A stretch of 50,730 nucleotides of DNA, the filler included, from Catajapyx aquilonaris (lineage: Eukaryota): assembly GCA_000934665.2 (NCBI GenBank). It is 3 parts of 3 records of this genome, joined end to end, with 100 filler letters (N's around TTAATTAATTAA, not from the genome) between each part and the next. Parts side by side here need not be neighbours in the genome. Positions count along the whole stretch, not along the records: positions 16,867 to 33,629 come from JYFJ02007117.1; positions 33,730 to 50,730 come from KZ539645.1; 1 more part is not named here. One strand, given 5' to 3'. Below the pieces are notes generated by a model. That model made no database searches. It had not been told where the DNA came from and worked only from the letters and a program-made list of their open reading frames with translations. Position 1 is the first letter of the stretch. Each line of letters begins with the position of its first letter. Below are positions 24,213 to 37,753 of this stretch, in pieces. The position numbers and the translations under genes were made by a program.

Positions 24213-26950
24213 CATTGTTCTTTGTCATTGGTGACAGTTATTCGTTTAATGAACAGAAGATTTCCAGTCATGTTCGCAGTAATGCCACTGCTAAAGTCCA
24301 GAGGCGCAAAGTTCCCAACGACGACTCTTTCAACAGTCGAATTAAGACTCACTCTGCAACAGCATTTTGCCTTACATGATAATAATAATACAGATGCATT
24401 TCAAAATACATATTTCACCGCATACTTACGCTACAGGAAATGATATTGGTCCGGTTGTCTTGTTGTCTGCATCTGACAATGTGATCTTAAGCGTCAGGGA
24501 TAATGTTATTAGGCTCCTATATGTGATGCTAATTCGGAACTGGCTTCCTGTTTTGCATTAAACACAGTCGAGAATGTAATTATTAAAAACAATTGGCAAA
24601 GTTAAGTCAAAAATGTAAACTGACCACAGTAAGGGGGTATGTCCAAAGTTTTCAAAAATTGCACTCCTGTGGCGTTAGTTTCCTTGGAGTGAAATCCCAT
24701 TTTCCCGCATGGGCCATAAGTTCCATTGCAAGTGAAGTACTTCCCATCCTCAAAGTCACTGTAGTTTTTGTGTGAAGGAGCAGGGAAGGATACGAAGGAA
24801 CAGTCTTCGGAAAGGATAGAGCTCGTGAAATATGCTGGCGCAAACAAGTGGTTGCAAAATAGCTCTAAAACGAGGAAGTGAAGCAGTGTGTACTTGAAAC
24901 GATGAAACTACTTTGTAATTAATAGTCTCAGGGGATTGCTTACGGAGACTGACGTTGCACCCTGGCTGTGACGATCCTCCGTTGACGTAGTAATCCACGT
25001 GTCCCTGACGATCGCTGCAGCCCATAGGAATCAGTGGCAAGGCTTTGGTGACTATTAATGTGTCGTTTCCGTTTGTGTGCACCACGTCCACGTAGTTGGC
25101 GTGAGAAGAGTTCAACCTTAGGCCCCCGCAAAGTATTTCCAAGATGCAAGATCCAGGATCCAATGCTGCATTTTATATAGTTTAGAATGGCATTATTGGA
25201 CAGCGCTACCCAGAGATGGTGTTCGGGCTGCACATTATAGCAACACGGTCTGTGGGTCATTGAATATCTCTCTTCATTTGTTTTCCTTTGGCTATAGTAT
25301 ATACTTTCTCATTAGAGCAGCAGCGTAAACAAAACAGGTTACTCATTGCTGGATTCATTGACACTTGCCTGTAATTCTGCCCACGTGAATTCCTTTTTTG
25401 ATCAGATAATTTCCTACGTATCCCATGACCGTTGTTCCCCAGCTGAAGCCAATGAGATGCATCTTGTATGGGTCGGCCCCCATATCATTTATTAGCATCT
25501 CGCAGAAGATTCCTATTCGTCGTCCAGTTAAGTCACCATTTCGGGTGAGATAGGCAAGGTTAAAGTCGGGTGTGACCTCCTGACCTATGCGTATCACGTT
25601 TATACAAGAATCCTGAAACTGTATATCAAGCGCTACATTACACAATAAATTTTTGAAACCCTTACAGTAGAGGCCTATACAGCTTCGTTAACACGAGTGA
25701 GTTTTCTCTTTCTTTTTCTCTTTCTTCATCCCAAAGAAGAGGTTTATCGGTTTTTGCTCAAAGTCGCTTTTCAACAATACCTTCGGCCGACTTTGTTATT
25801 ACACTCGAATTTCACCTACTATACTGGAAACACCATGTAATGACGCCAATTTTACATCCCTTTTAGTCCATTACACTCGTGAGAGCGTAGCTTACCGCCG
25901 CGTCGTAGCTTAGACCATGTGTTAATTACCTTCCAGAGATAAGCCTGTTCCATGGTAAGCATCCAAGAGTCTTGGGCAGACTGAGTCCATCCGTGGGTGA
26001 CCAAAAGAGTGAAGCAGGACTTGTTAAAATTGCTCCCATTGAGAAGGTTGGTGTCGTTGAATTTCAGCTGTTGAACCAGAGAAGTGTTTGCGGAGTTTCT
26101 TAGGAAGAACTTGGTCTCTCTGAAGTTGCAGTCAGGTAAGCCCAATATGTAACATGACCCGTTACAGTTGTCAAACTTCCCTATTGGATAACCTGGGAAG
26201 ACAAAATAATATTTTCAACGTCTAACATAATATTGTACATTCACCTGACAGTAGCCTATGAGATTGTTGTGGGCAGCATTGCAGAGTTTAGTGCACACCG
26301 TATTAGAATATTTGCATTACAACTATTAATGACGAGAGAAACCTACCGCAATCGCTCTCATTTCCCAAATTTGTTGAAGTGACGAATTTCAACACCTCAA
26401 TTGTTTGATTTATTACCGTATTTGCCAATGCATTTGTATAGTAGGGATAATCAAACACTGGCACGGGGTAGTCTGGCTTGTCCACCGCTTCGCCAATAAC
26501 TAAAAGTGGAAAGGAACATGAACATGTATATTATGATGAAATAATACGTGGGGAGAATGCATTATAACCAGCTGATGCAATTTTCAGTGCAATCATCCAC
26601 TTTTTCAGTGACAATATTATTTTAGCAAAATATGTGCAGGTAGAATATAGATTTTGGTAAGCAGGTGTACATTATTTTGCATACTGACAGCCCCATACTA
26701 CGCAGGCCTATTATGACGTTAGTGTTTTACTCCTCAAAAATTATTACGACACCTGATAAAACAACGGTTAACAAGTAGGTTACTGAAAAATTAGCATTCA
26801 AACAATCTATACTTTTTCAGTAATTACAACATTTTGTAATGACATCTGAGTGCACTGTTCATTTTCGTGCCTTTGAATAAGTATATCAGTACGTAATGTG
26901 CACAGTTTCTCACCGGTAAGGGAAAAGACAAGGCTAATCAGGAACCACAT
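24213..26950 (-). pseudogene. Pancreatic-lipase-family gene A. Exons 26950-26914, 26499-26347, 26192-25930, 25612-25369, 25165-24625, 24547-24430, 24353-24213; last exon uncertain; +1 frameshift at about 24905
   Basis: Signal peptide MWFLISLVFSLT; THGW, HLIGFSWG, GRIT-ALDP, VDVVHTN, GHVDYYVNGGSSQPGC, CNH; C-terminal PLAT-like exons; splice phases consistent; could be an intact gene with a sequencing error. Confidence 0.85.
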
Positions 26951-27579
26951 CCTACTCCTTGCATGAGAGCCGGACAACAACTGAATCAGCTCCAAACTGT
27001 TGGCAGTGAGTACGACTCTCATGCCTTGTCATCATGAGCTGTCCTTAGTACGCCACTGTATTAATTTACAGCATTTTCCATACAGTGTGTTATGACATAT
27101 TTATACATTTGCGACAGGTAACCTTTTGTGTCTGGTTACAGTATTATATACTGCTAAGTTGTCAAAAAAAACTGCTGCAGAGTGAGTTGAGTTCCTGTCG
27201 GGGGGACACGAGGATTCATGAGGAGACACTTCTGCACATTTCTGGTATCCTTGCAAGTGCAATATTTAACCTTGACGACTAGGCCTATTTGCAAAAGGAA
27301 GAAAAATAACATAACAATATTAAAGATAGTACTGAACTTTAAAATGATTAAGTTCCGTCTACAGTTCTGTAAGAAATCGCCGTTTTGTTTCATAGAAAGG
27401 TCCATCATTATACAATCTTTTTCATGGTGACACTTATAAATACGAATATATTTTATGACTGCAAAACTACAAAGTATTTGTCAAATATATTGTAAGACAT
27501 TGGATCGAAAACTTTCAGATAGGGGAACTGTTCCATCCTCACACGTAGTGCAGATGTTTTCAATGTCACAAATATTCGT

Positions 27580-30268
27580 CAGAAGGACGAGATCATCAGC
27601 ATAAGCCAGAACTCTGAAATCTGTATGTCCGCTACCAAAATTTACACCGTTGCAATTTTTAGCTTCCATAAAGGAATCCAGATCTGTCAAAAACAAGTTG
27701 AAAAGTGTGGGGCTCAAAGATTCTCCTTGTGGCACTCCTTTCGTTATTTTAATCGAGAGATTGGTCTGGAAATCTTCTACTATTTCCATTTTGGAATACA
27801 CCTCTTTAATCATCTGTAGTAGTTTGTGGCTAAATCCTAGTGATTTTAATTTTTGTAGCAACATATTGTGTCCAATGGAATCAAATGCTTTCGTTAAATC
27901 TATAAAAGCAGCGTATAAGTTTCCCTTAGGTTTGTTTGTATATTTTTGAATTATAATATATGTATGGCTAATAAATGGTCTGCACAACCCCTGCCTTTTC
28001 TAAATGCCGCTTGCCATTCCGGTAATATCTTGTTTTTCTCAGCCCAGTTTTTAATCCTATTGTTTACTATCTTAGTGAATATTTTAAAAGTATTATTAAA
28101 AAGTGCTATGGGCCTAAAATTTGCTGGGTCATCCTTATTTCCTGACTTATATACAGGGTGTTTACGACCTAACTTTGCAAACTTCTAGGGGTGAGAGAGG
28201 GGACCAATACAAGTATTTTTGACATAGGAACCCGTGTCCGGAAACGCCATCTAGAGGGGGTTCATAGACAAGGAACGGGTGCGCTCAGACGCGTCACGCG
28301 AGAGGCGCTAGTCGAGCGGACTGTTTTGTTGATAGATGGCGCTCGGATAGTAAACACTGATGTGATGTGCCATAACCTGGCAACAGCAGAGCCATCTAGC
28401 AACTTAAGTGCGCCTCCTAGGAGACGCGCAGAGAGTAAACAATGGTTCTGTTGTTTCCAGGTTATGGCGTATCGCGTTGTTGTTTACTTACAACGACGCG
28501 ATACGCCATAACCTGGCAACAACTGGGCGCCATCTATCAACAAAACAGTCCGCTCGACTTGCGCCTCTCGCGTGACGCGTCTGAGCGCACCAGTTCCTCG
28601 TCTGTGAACCCCCTCTAGATGGCGTTTCCGGAGACGGTTTCCTATGTCAAAAATGTTTGTCTTGGTCCCTTTTATCACCCCTAGAAGTTTGTAAAGTTAG
28701 GTCGTAAACACCCTGTATAGGGCAAAGTTTGGCTTGGGCCCATCCATCTGGAAAGGAATTAGATTCTAAGCAGTGTTCTATTAATTTGTAGAGTCCTTCG
28801 TGAAAATTTTCTGATTGCACGACTGAGATTAGAGAATTTGGGATCATATCTGGGCCCGGCGATGACTAATCTTAATTCTTTTATCACTACCTCATACTCT
28901 TGTCTTGTTAACGAATGATACAAAAGTGGGACATTTAGGTGATAATTAATTTCTACTGGGCGTAATTCTTCTTGTGAGGTGTTTTTGTATACTTCACTTA
29001 TATTTCCACCATACATCTTTATCTATGTTTATTTGGACTATATACTTCTTTGATTTCTTTACCACTTCCCAAAATAATTTAGGGTCTTTTGCATCCAGGA
29101 GCTTTATTCTTAATGTCTCTGAGTAGTACCTTTTTTTTTCTTTGCAGCGGCTAATTTTTTATCCGTTATATTTGCAACAAAATTTAAACGTATTAAGATC
29201 ATTTTTTCACGAGCTACAAATTAACCTAAAAAATACAAAAATCATATGCTTCCGGAAAGGTGGCAAACAACCAAATAAGAATCTATACTGGAACATGGAC
29301 AAGATAGAACTGGTATCGTCATACACATACTTGGGCATCCCCTTCAAAAGCTCTGGAAAGTTTAATTTGGCTGCGGAACAAATAAAAAAGAAGGCTCTTG
29401 GGGCAATAAGAAAATAACAGGCTAGTGAAGGAAGCTTACACATATTCACAAAAAACAAACGAAGATAACCCACAGATTAGAGATAATTGGTTATTCGCAT
29501 GTAAACACTTAGTTCAAATGTACGACCTAAGCTGGGATGAACTTTTTATAAATTTACCCTTAACAATTGAAACTTTAAAGTCAAACGTTAAAAACAAAAC
29601 CCTCATGATGTTACAACACACCACAAGATATTTGTTATACAAAGAAATTAAATTCAGTTATGACCAGGAAGAATATTTAACATATGGCCTCCCAATTATA
29701 CAATTAAGAATGATAGCAAATTTAAGAAACAATTCAAAGTATGTACGTTTGGAAGTAGATTCAATTATGCTTTTTAATGAAGATTTTTGTGAATGGTGCA
29801 ACATGAAGGAACCAGCACTGACAGCATACCGTATCACATAATTTACGAATGTAGATACTTTTCGACCCCGAGAACCATCCACTTATACAATCTTCCCAGA
29901 TATCCACCCTCACATTACCATCTGCTCTACCAGGACATTACCAAAAAAAACACATTTCAGAATGTCAACAAAATAATCAAATTTTCTGCATACTAAAGCA
30001 ATTTTTATAGTCCCACAAAAGCAATTCACACGACCTGTTCCCCGATACTCAAACTTCCTGTTCTCTTTTCTTCTTTTCTTGTTCCTTCTTTTTAACTTCA
30101 GAGTAAACAAAAAAAAGTTGTGTGGTTAATGAACTAACTAAGAATGAAATAGATACATAAGGAATACTGTAAATTTTGTAGTACGGAAACTGGTGATGTG
30201 TGTCCCCCGAAACAGGGCTACAGCCCTGATCAAGGGGTAATAAAATATAAAAAAATAACAAAATAAAT
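27580..30268. mobile_element. 5'-truncated, 5'-inverted LINE: minus piece 27580 to about 29160, plus piece about 29161 to 30268; 18-bp TSD; clade undetermined (RTEX-like motifs)
   Basis: Minus piece: FIDLTKAFDSI, GVPQGESLSP, YADDLVLL. Plus piece: LQQNLN..INLKNTKIICF..YTYLG, CEWC..H..YEC, A-rich tail. TSD aatgtcacaaatattcgt at 27562-27579 and 30269-30286. Confidence 0.9.
28154..28715. mobile_element. Tc1/mariner-type foldback MITE nested in the LINE
   Basis: TA-CAGGGTGTTTACGACCTAAC...GTTAGGTCGTAAACACCCTG-TA, with palindromic arms of more than 200 bp. Confidence 0.9.
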
Positions 30269-31098
30269 AATGTCACAAATATTCGTTACTTGTTACTTGT
30301 TACTTGATTCGTTTTAAATTTAGTTGGATTACTAAAACTAGGTCAAGGTATTTGTAGTGTGGAACCCTCTGAGTCGTATTTTACATTACTGATGTGGCCT
30401 TATATTCGCGACATGTAACCCTTTGTGTCACTGGTTACAGTAATAAACATAGCTGAGATGTCAGTTCAGAAGACTGCTGTTGACATTTACCAACCTTCTG
30501 TTCATTTAAGCGATGCCAAAGGTCATTTCGGAATTCATAATATGATGAATGAAATGTACCGTCAAAATTCTGCATCCCGAAATTGGAGGCAAAATGAGAG
30601 ACGAAATGAGATATTTGAAATCAACGCACGCAGGAGGCCGTATAAGATGTCTGATCGCACGATGAAGGATGTACAAATGATCGATTGCTGACATAGCCCT
30701 GAAAATCCTGCAGCAATAATTTCACGAACAATTAAAGCCCTCAAAGACGAGATACTTTTTCCATGCTGAATATTAACAATATATTATTAGCATGTGAATT
30801 AATAACAAAACTTATGAGGATTTGGATGCTTGGGACTGGAAGAACACCATATATTGATAAAGTTGCTTTATTGATTACATTGCTGGAATGATATAATATT
30901 AAATGTTTTGGGAGAATATATTAGTCGTTACAAAATCCGCATTCGCGTGCAAAGAACGGGATCTGCTGCTAGTTACACTCATATAATTATTATACTATAC
31001 GTATATTTAAAAGGCCATAATTATGTGGTGTCTTGCAGGCCACTAACATCCTTGCGAGCATATTACTCATAGGCCCATAACAAGTTAGTATTTGGCTC

Positions 31099-33101
31099 TT
31101 ACAGCAGAGAACTTAATCTTATTTTTGGCCCAGAACTCTCCTGGTTGGAATTGTCTTCGCAGTTGTCCTTGAGATGGATCGGGGTTTGTGACCCAGAAAG
31201 CAGGCTGCTGGAAGAAGCAGCGCTGTATCCTTTGCTGAAAAGGCTTTTAATGATGAGTATATAGCAGCCATTAGCGACTTTTAACCAGCCCATTCTCAAC
31301 CTATAAAATCTGGTATCCACAAAATAATAGCGAAAGGAATGTTACACACCAGTACTTAAAACGTTAAAAGCTCAATACCTGATCGAGTGGAAGCATTTTA
31401 AGAAACCAAATGAGTCAATAGGCACTACAACATAGATTCTGTTCGGCTTAATAATTTGTGATTGGTCCAACTGTGCAGCGCACTGGCTAATAAACTTCAA
31501 AATTTCTTACCATTCTCCTTTGTCATTGGTGACAGTCATACGTTTAATGAACAGAAGATTTCCAGTCATGTTCGCAGTAATGCCACTGCTAAAGTCCAGA
31601 GGCGCAAATTTCCCAACGACGACTCTTTCAACAGTCGAATTAAGACTCACTCTGCAATTCCATAATCATTATACCATAAACGCCTTTTGAAATATACATA
31701 CTTCACGGCATACTTACGCTACAGGAAATTATATTGGTCCGGTTGTCTTGCTGTCTGCATCTGACAATGTGATCTTAAGCGCCAGGGATAATGTTATCAG
31801 GCTAAATGTGATGCTAATTCGGAACTGGCTTCCTGTTTTGCATTTAACACAGTCGAGAAATGTAATTATTAAAAACAATTTGCAAGGTTAAGTTTAAAAT
31901 GTAAACTGACCACAGTAAGGGGGTATGTCCAAAGTTTTCAAAAATTGCACTCCTGTGGCGTTAGTTTCCTTGGAGTGAAATCCCATTTTCCCGCATGGGC
32001 CATAAGTTCCATTGCAGGTGAAGTACTTCCCATCCTCAAAGTCACTGTAGTTTTTGTGAGAAGGAGCAGGGAAGGATGTGAAGGAACAGTCTTCCGAAAG
32101 GATAGAGCTCGTGAAATATGCTGGCGCAAACAAGTGGTTGCAAAATAGCTCTGAAACGAGGAAGTGAAGCAGTGTGTACTTGAAATGAAACTGATCCGTA
32201 TAATTAATAGCCTCAGGGGATTGCTTACGGAGACTGACGTTGCACCCTGGCTGTGACGATCCTCCGTTGACGTAGTAATCCACGTGTCCAACAGTCTCAC
32301 TGGCGCCCAAAGGAACCAGTGGCAAGGCTTTGGTGAATATTAAAGAGTCGTTGTCATTCGTGTGCACGATGTCCACGCATTTGCCGTGAGAAGAATTCAA
32401 CCTGATTAATCCGGATAGTGCATCAAAATCACGCAATGAAGGATCCAGTCCTACATATGGAATGACATAATTCAAGGTCCTGTATTATCCCAAAATACGG
32501 GTTCAAACTGTATATTAGATGCTCGAATGTACTGGACATACTGTACTTGTGTACGTACTGTATAGTCTATACTATAGTGCATATAGTCAGATGGCCCAAA
32601 GTCATCTTACATTTTCGCATTTAAAAACCTGACGATTAAGGTTTTTGCATAAACATTTCCCCTCCGATTATGACTATATGTTTATCTAATATACTATTAT
32701 TATAACTGCTGCATCTTTCTTAGCAGAAAGAAAAATAATTATTCTGGACATCTATTCCATTGAGAGAAAGAAATATTTCTATTCAAGCAGTGGCATGGTG
32801 AAACACCTGCACAATAAAGAGGATAGGTGACTCATTGCTCGTGTCATAGTCACTTGCCTGTAATTCTCCCCAGGTGAATTCCTTTTTTGATAAGATAATT
32901 TCCTGCATTCCCCACGACCACTGTTCCCCAGCTGAAGCCAATGAGGTGCATCATGTCTGGGTCTGCTCCCATCTCGTTTATTAGCATCTCGCAGAAGATA
33001 CCGATTCGTCGGCCAGTCAAGTCGCCATTTTGAGAAAGATACACAGGGTTAAAGTCGGCGGAGGTCTCTTGACCTATACGTATTACATTTATGCAGGTAT
33101 C
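31099..33101 (-). CDS. Pancreatic-lipase-family gene B, partial. Exons 33101-32858, 32450-31911, about 31832-31718, about 31651-31511, tentative 31301-31099; in-frame TAA at 31729-31731; 5' exons not seen
   Basis: HLIGFSWG, GRIT-GLDP, VDIVHTN, GHVDYYVNGGSSQPGC, CNH; paralogous exon structure to gene A. Confidence 0.85.
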
Positions 33102-33199
33102 CTGAAACTAGATCAAGCACTACATTACATCTTGATTACATTAATGAACCAGCACCAAAGAATTGCTTCGTTTGCATGTGATCAGGTCTTGACTCAGGT

Positions 33200-33629
33200 G
33201 TGGGGACGGAAGTCTGTGGTTTTACTGTAGCTGTGGGGACCAGTTCCAATTGTGGGGACATTTGTCGGTCCCCACAGTCTCACACACGCGAAGTGTACCA
33301 TTACAGTGGGGACATGTGTAAATTAGTGGGGACATGTCCCCACTATTTTCATTTGTAGGTTTTCACAAAAGTCCATTTTTCTCAGCCTAGGTTACTTAGG
33401 GTAGGGTAGGTTAGGTAGGGTAGGGTAGGTTAGGTTAGGTAAGGTTAGGTTAGGTTAGGTTAGGTTAGATCAGTTTACACTCGCAGTGAAAAGTGATCAA
33501 TGTCCGTCCCCACGCCTTAGTCAAGACAAGAGTGTGTGTGTGTGTGGTCAGACATTGCTATCCTTGTGAGGATATTTTTCGCAAGTTTCCTATCCTTGTG
33601 AGGACCGAAAACCTTACGAGGACTTTTTT
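33200..33629. mobile_element. Non-autonomous element(s) with GTGGGGAC repeats and an expanded (TTAGG/TAGGG)n tract
   Basis: Related to 11200-11500; tract at about 33388-33468. Confidence 0.55.
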
Positions 33630-34172
33630 NNNNNNNNNNNNNNNNNNNNNNNNNNNNNNNNNNNNNNNNNNNNTTAATTAATTAANNNNNNNNNNNNNNN
33701 NNNNNNNNNNNNNNNNNNNNNNNNNNNNNGTACAGCTTAAATCAATTGGTGAAGGTCTTACGTGCGCCTGCCTTGTTTCAGTACCTTCATTCCGCCGCGG
33801 AGGTCTTACTTCTCTTTTTTTTTACTGAAGGGAAAGTTTTTGATCTAATCTCATTGTGAATGCAAATGGTGTAAACAAATACAAATTTAATGTCTCCTCC
33901 CCCCCCCTTATCTCCCTTTGTAGACACCATGTCTCATATATTGTCTAAATTGTATGTTACGTGACACATTGACGTGTTAGTGAATATTCATGTAAATTGG
34001 ACATACCAGGGGAGCCCCCTATGTAAAGGCAATAGCCTATCTCGGTATACAATAAAACTAAACTAAACTAAACTAAGAACATCTGGGACCTGATGGTACG
34101 GCAGTGGAGGGCGGGACGGCGGGACATGAGAGGACCAGGGAGGCTTTGCGGCGGGTCGCCTCCCTGACCTCC

Positions 34173-34290
34173 TTGAAGAAGCACCTGGCTGGTCAGCACT
34201 TCAGCGACATCAAGAAAGTGAGAGGTCGTCTGCCACTGGCTTCCCAGCCAGCCTGACTCCCTTCTCTGCAGTGGGATGTAAAATCTAGCA
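34173..34290 (+). mobile_element. mariner transposase C-terminal remnant
   Basis: LKKHLAGQHFSD..(frameshift)..EVVCHWLPSQPDS. Confidence 0.55.
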
Positions 34291-35650
34291 TCCTGCTGGG
34301 ACAGTGCTGAACATTAATTCCGTCATACTGCTAGCAACATTTTCCGTGCAAATCAAAGTGATAGAGTGTGAGCTGTTCAAGTAAGTTTGGGTGATGTCAA
34401 TTGGCTGGAGGACAAGCCTCTTTTCCATTGCCCCCAACGTCACCCTCTTCTTACTCGCATGGCTCACACGGTATCACTTCGATTTGCACTTCTGCCGCAT
34501 CAGAAAATGTCACAATGCAGTATGACGCGATTAATGTCCGACACTGACAAGTGCACCAAAGTGTACATCAACAAGCACAGACTTTCAAAAACCTCTTTAA
34601 GGACACGCTTTATGAGCTAGCGAATTCGAATCTGAGAGCCTGTCACTCTGCTGTCTGGCGTATGGAGGTTGCTAACTCATCCACTCACGTGACTACCTCC
34701 CGATGATGGTGTGGAAGTGTTGATCTCACAAACTCACGTAACTACTACCACTATCTGGTGTTGAGGTTGCATACTCACCCCTAATGTGAATACCTACCAC
34801 TAGATGGTGAGGGAATGGCGAACTCGCTGACGCGGGCGGACACACATCCGTCGTAGTGAAGCTAATATAAAGCGTGTAAAAAGTAGAGAAAGCCTGCCCT
34901 TTCATAATATGTGTGTGTCAGTTTGAGTTTCTGGAGTGAAGATTAGTAATTTAAAAAGTTGTCATACAACATATATTTTGATTTGCCCTCATATGTTGTT
35001 GCAAAGGGCAGGAGGATGATTTTCACTTTATATGACAAAACTTTAAATTCGTCTCTTCGCTGACACCAAAATTCTGACAGTGAGTTCTCAGTTGCTATAT
35101 TCTCTTTTATAGCATAATGTGATGGATTCCACTTTCCTACGCTTATTCTAGCTTTGCAAGTTTTATTTTTTGCACTGAAGGATGAAAATTATGTCGTACT
35201 ACAAGGTGGCAGTGTTAATTCATATACCCCCCAAAATGGACATGTCCCCTTTATATTTAAGTGCCTCAATTTTGATGGAGTTCTTCCAAAATAACAGTTG
35301 ATATTAACAAGTACGAGCAGATTAACGTGAAACTCATTAAAAATATCTCCAGGTGTATCAGAATCTAGTTCTCTAAATTCTTTCACCATTGGGAAGCTGT
35401 CTAGATTTTGACTTTTCATTGATTCCACCAAAAACTTGGACTATTTTTTTAATGCATGTACTTTGTCACTGACATGAAAAACATGACTGCTTTTCCTTGA
35501 AGTGTGCTTACTTACGTCATTAACATTTTGAAGAGTGAATTTTTCTTTTCAACCTCTTCTGAAGCACAGTTTGGGAACCCCTGCATTAGGCTGCTCCAAA
35601 TTGATTCATAGCAGCCGAAAGGTGTCCATCTGACCCCTGGCAAATATTAT

Positions 35651-36117
35651 CAGAGCTGCCAACCCTACCCCCCAAAAATTAGGGGGAGGTAATGACATAA
35701 TGAGGGGGATTGGGCATCTGAGAGGGGGATTCTGTGTCCCATCGTTCGCTAAGACGCCATCTTGTTCAAGGTGCAACTCCTGTGGTAGGTAGCGGGTGGT
35801 CTGTTGCGATTGGCTGGATCTTTCTTCCGCAGACTTACCACTTGAGTACACCTTGAAAAAGATGGCGGATAGCGAACGCTGTAGCGCGGCCAGCGCCAAA
35901 TTCCCAGCCTGGTGGAGACACAGAAATTAAACTACCATATCCATACAACTAGGGGGGAAATGACATAGGTGGTGCTGAGTGAGGTAGTACTAGTACTAAA
36001 TATAATAATTTAGCGATAATCTCTACGGCGGGGGAAATAACCCTGCGTGCGGGGGGGCGGGGGAGAACACGTAAATGCAGGAGTCCCCTGCCCAATGCGG
36101 GAGGGTTGGCAGCTCTG
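35651..36117. mobile_element. hAT-like MITE
   Basis: Terminal inverted repeats CAGAGCTGCCAACCCT / AGGGTTGGCAGCTCTG; tattat on both flanks. Confidence 0.7.
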
Positions 36118-36290
36118 TATTATATACGCGTTATATATATATACTTGTTATATATAAACATAATAAACATAATAAACATACGTAACCCTAAAACCTAACC
36201 GGACTAACCCTAAACCTAACTAATTGGTAAAACATAATAAACATAATAAAATATATATACGCGTTATATATATACTTGGCGTTATATATA

Positions 36291-36705
36291 CAGGGTGTAT
36301 CTGAACTCAGTGCCCCGACGTATATGACTGCCTTCCTAGCCACCAGAGGATCAACTTATGTAGAGGAGTCATTATGTCTGGGCAGCCTCATTACTGAGAT
36401 ACACTCTTTAGCGATTTTTGCCTAATCGCTTTTAAATAGAATTTTCTGGTGTAACTAGCCAAAGAGGCCTTACCACCTGTGGGCAACAAACCACCAAAAT
36501 CCGGCCACCAGACCTTCCAGAGCCTTCTGACTGGGGGAGGGTTCGATGGGTGGCCTAACCGACAGGATATTTTGTACTACATGTTTGCGGCCAATTATTT
36601 CCGTAATGCGGCGGCCAGACATAATGACTCCTATACTTAAATCGATCCTCTGGTGGCTAGGAAGGCAGTCATATACGTCGGGGCACTGAGTTCAGATACA
36701 CCCTG
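36291..36705. mobile_element. Tc1/mariner-type MITE
   Basis: TA-CAGGGTGTATCTGAACTCAGTGCCCCGACG ... CGTCGGGGCACTGAGTTCAGATACACCCTG-TA. Confidence 0.9.
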
Positions 36706-37439
36706 TATACGCGTTATTTATATACGCGTTAATAGTATTTGCCACTGGCACTAGTCCAGAACTTAACCCCACTTACACTAGGTTCAGATGTGGTGTAAAA
36801 GGGGCGTGGCCAGATCCAATATGGCTGTGGTCAAAGCAGAGATACTAATTTCGAAGACGTAAATTCTAAAAGGGAAGCCTTTTGAGATTGGGAAGCTGGG
36901 ATTCTTGGTCACCAAGATAAGTTCTCATTCTGGTGGTGGTAAAAATATAAAAGGATGCAATAAGGATCACTTATTACAAAAGTGTGGGTATTTTTGCAAG
37001 TATAACCTCGGGGGCTGATTTCTGGGATCCAAATGGAATTTGCAAATGAGCCTTACCACTGTGACATGCTGTGTATGGACAATTTTCAATTACCTGGCAA
37101 TCAAGAATTCTGTAACACTTTGTACTTGTGTGGCGCATGTAAATCTGTTGAAGCATTGTAGCAGACAAAAGGCTCATTTCAGCCAGTTTTGTCTCCTAGT
37201 CAACCATTTTGGATTAACATGATCTGCTCATGAGTGTCCGTTTGACAGCAATATTATCCCAACTGTCCAGAAACCAACACGGGGAGCCCAAGGAGTGCTC
37301 CAGAACTAGTTCAGACAAGCGAAATGCCTAGGGCTAATAGAATAATTAGGTAAACAACAAGAATGAAATGCAGAAGTCAAAAAATTACAGGCATTGATGT
37401 AATCCAGCCGCAATACGACGGCCAGTCGGAAAATAAGTT

Positions 37440-37668
37440 TCACAGTCCTACAGTTTCGACGCCATGCAATGGACAGCATAAAGACAAATATGGGCATGTA
37501 CATCTGTCCTTCCTATACTTATAAGATGAATATGTGCCATCTTGCAGCTTATGCGCAGGCGTGGCAGTTGTCGGACGAGACCGAGTGGCGAGCCGAGCAT
37601 GCCCACCCACATGCCTCCAGGAAAATTGATGCCAGACAGAGAGTGTTGGTCACATGGACTAAGACAGA

Positions 37669-37753
<85 letters not shown>

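Noticed and set aside
33388..33468. (TTAGG)n tract as a telomere or interstitial telomere
   Set aside because: Short, degenerate and embedded in a dispersed element that recurs at 11200-11500 with a shorter tract
35090..35431. Possible hAT dimerisation-domain remnant (LTLP..ST..FS)
   Set aside because: Too degraded to call without a profile search
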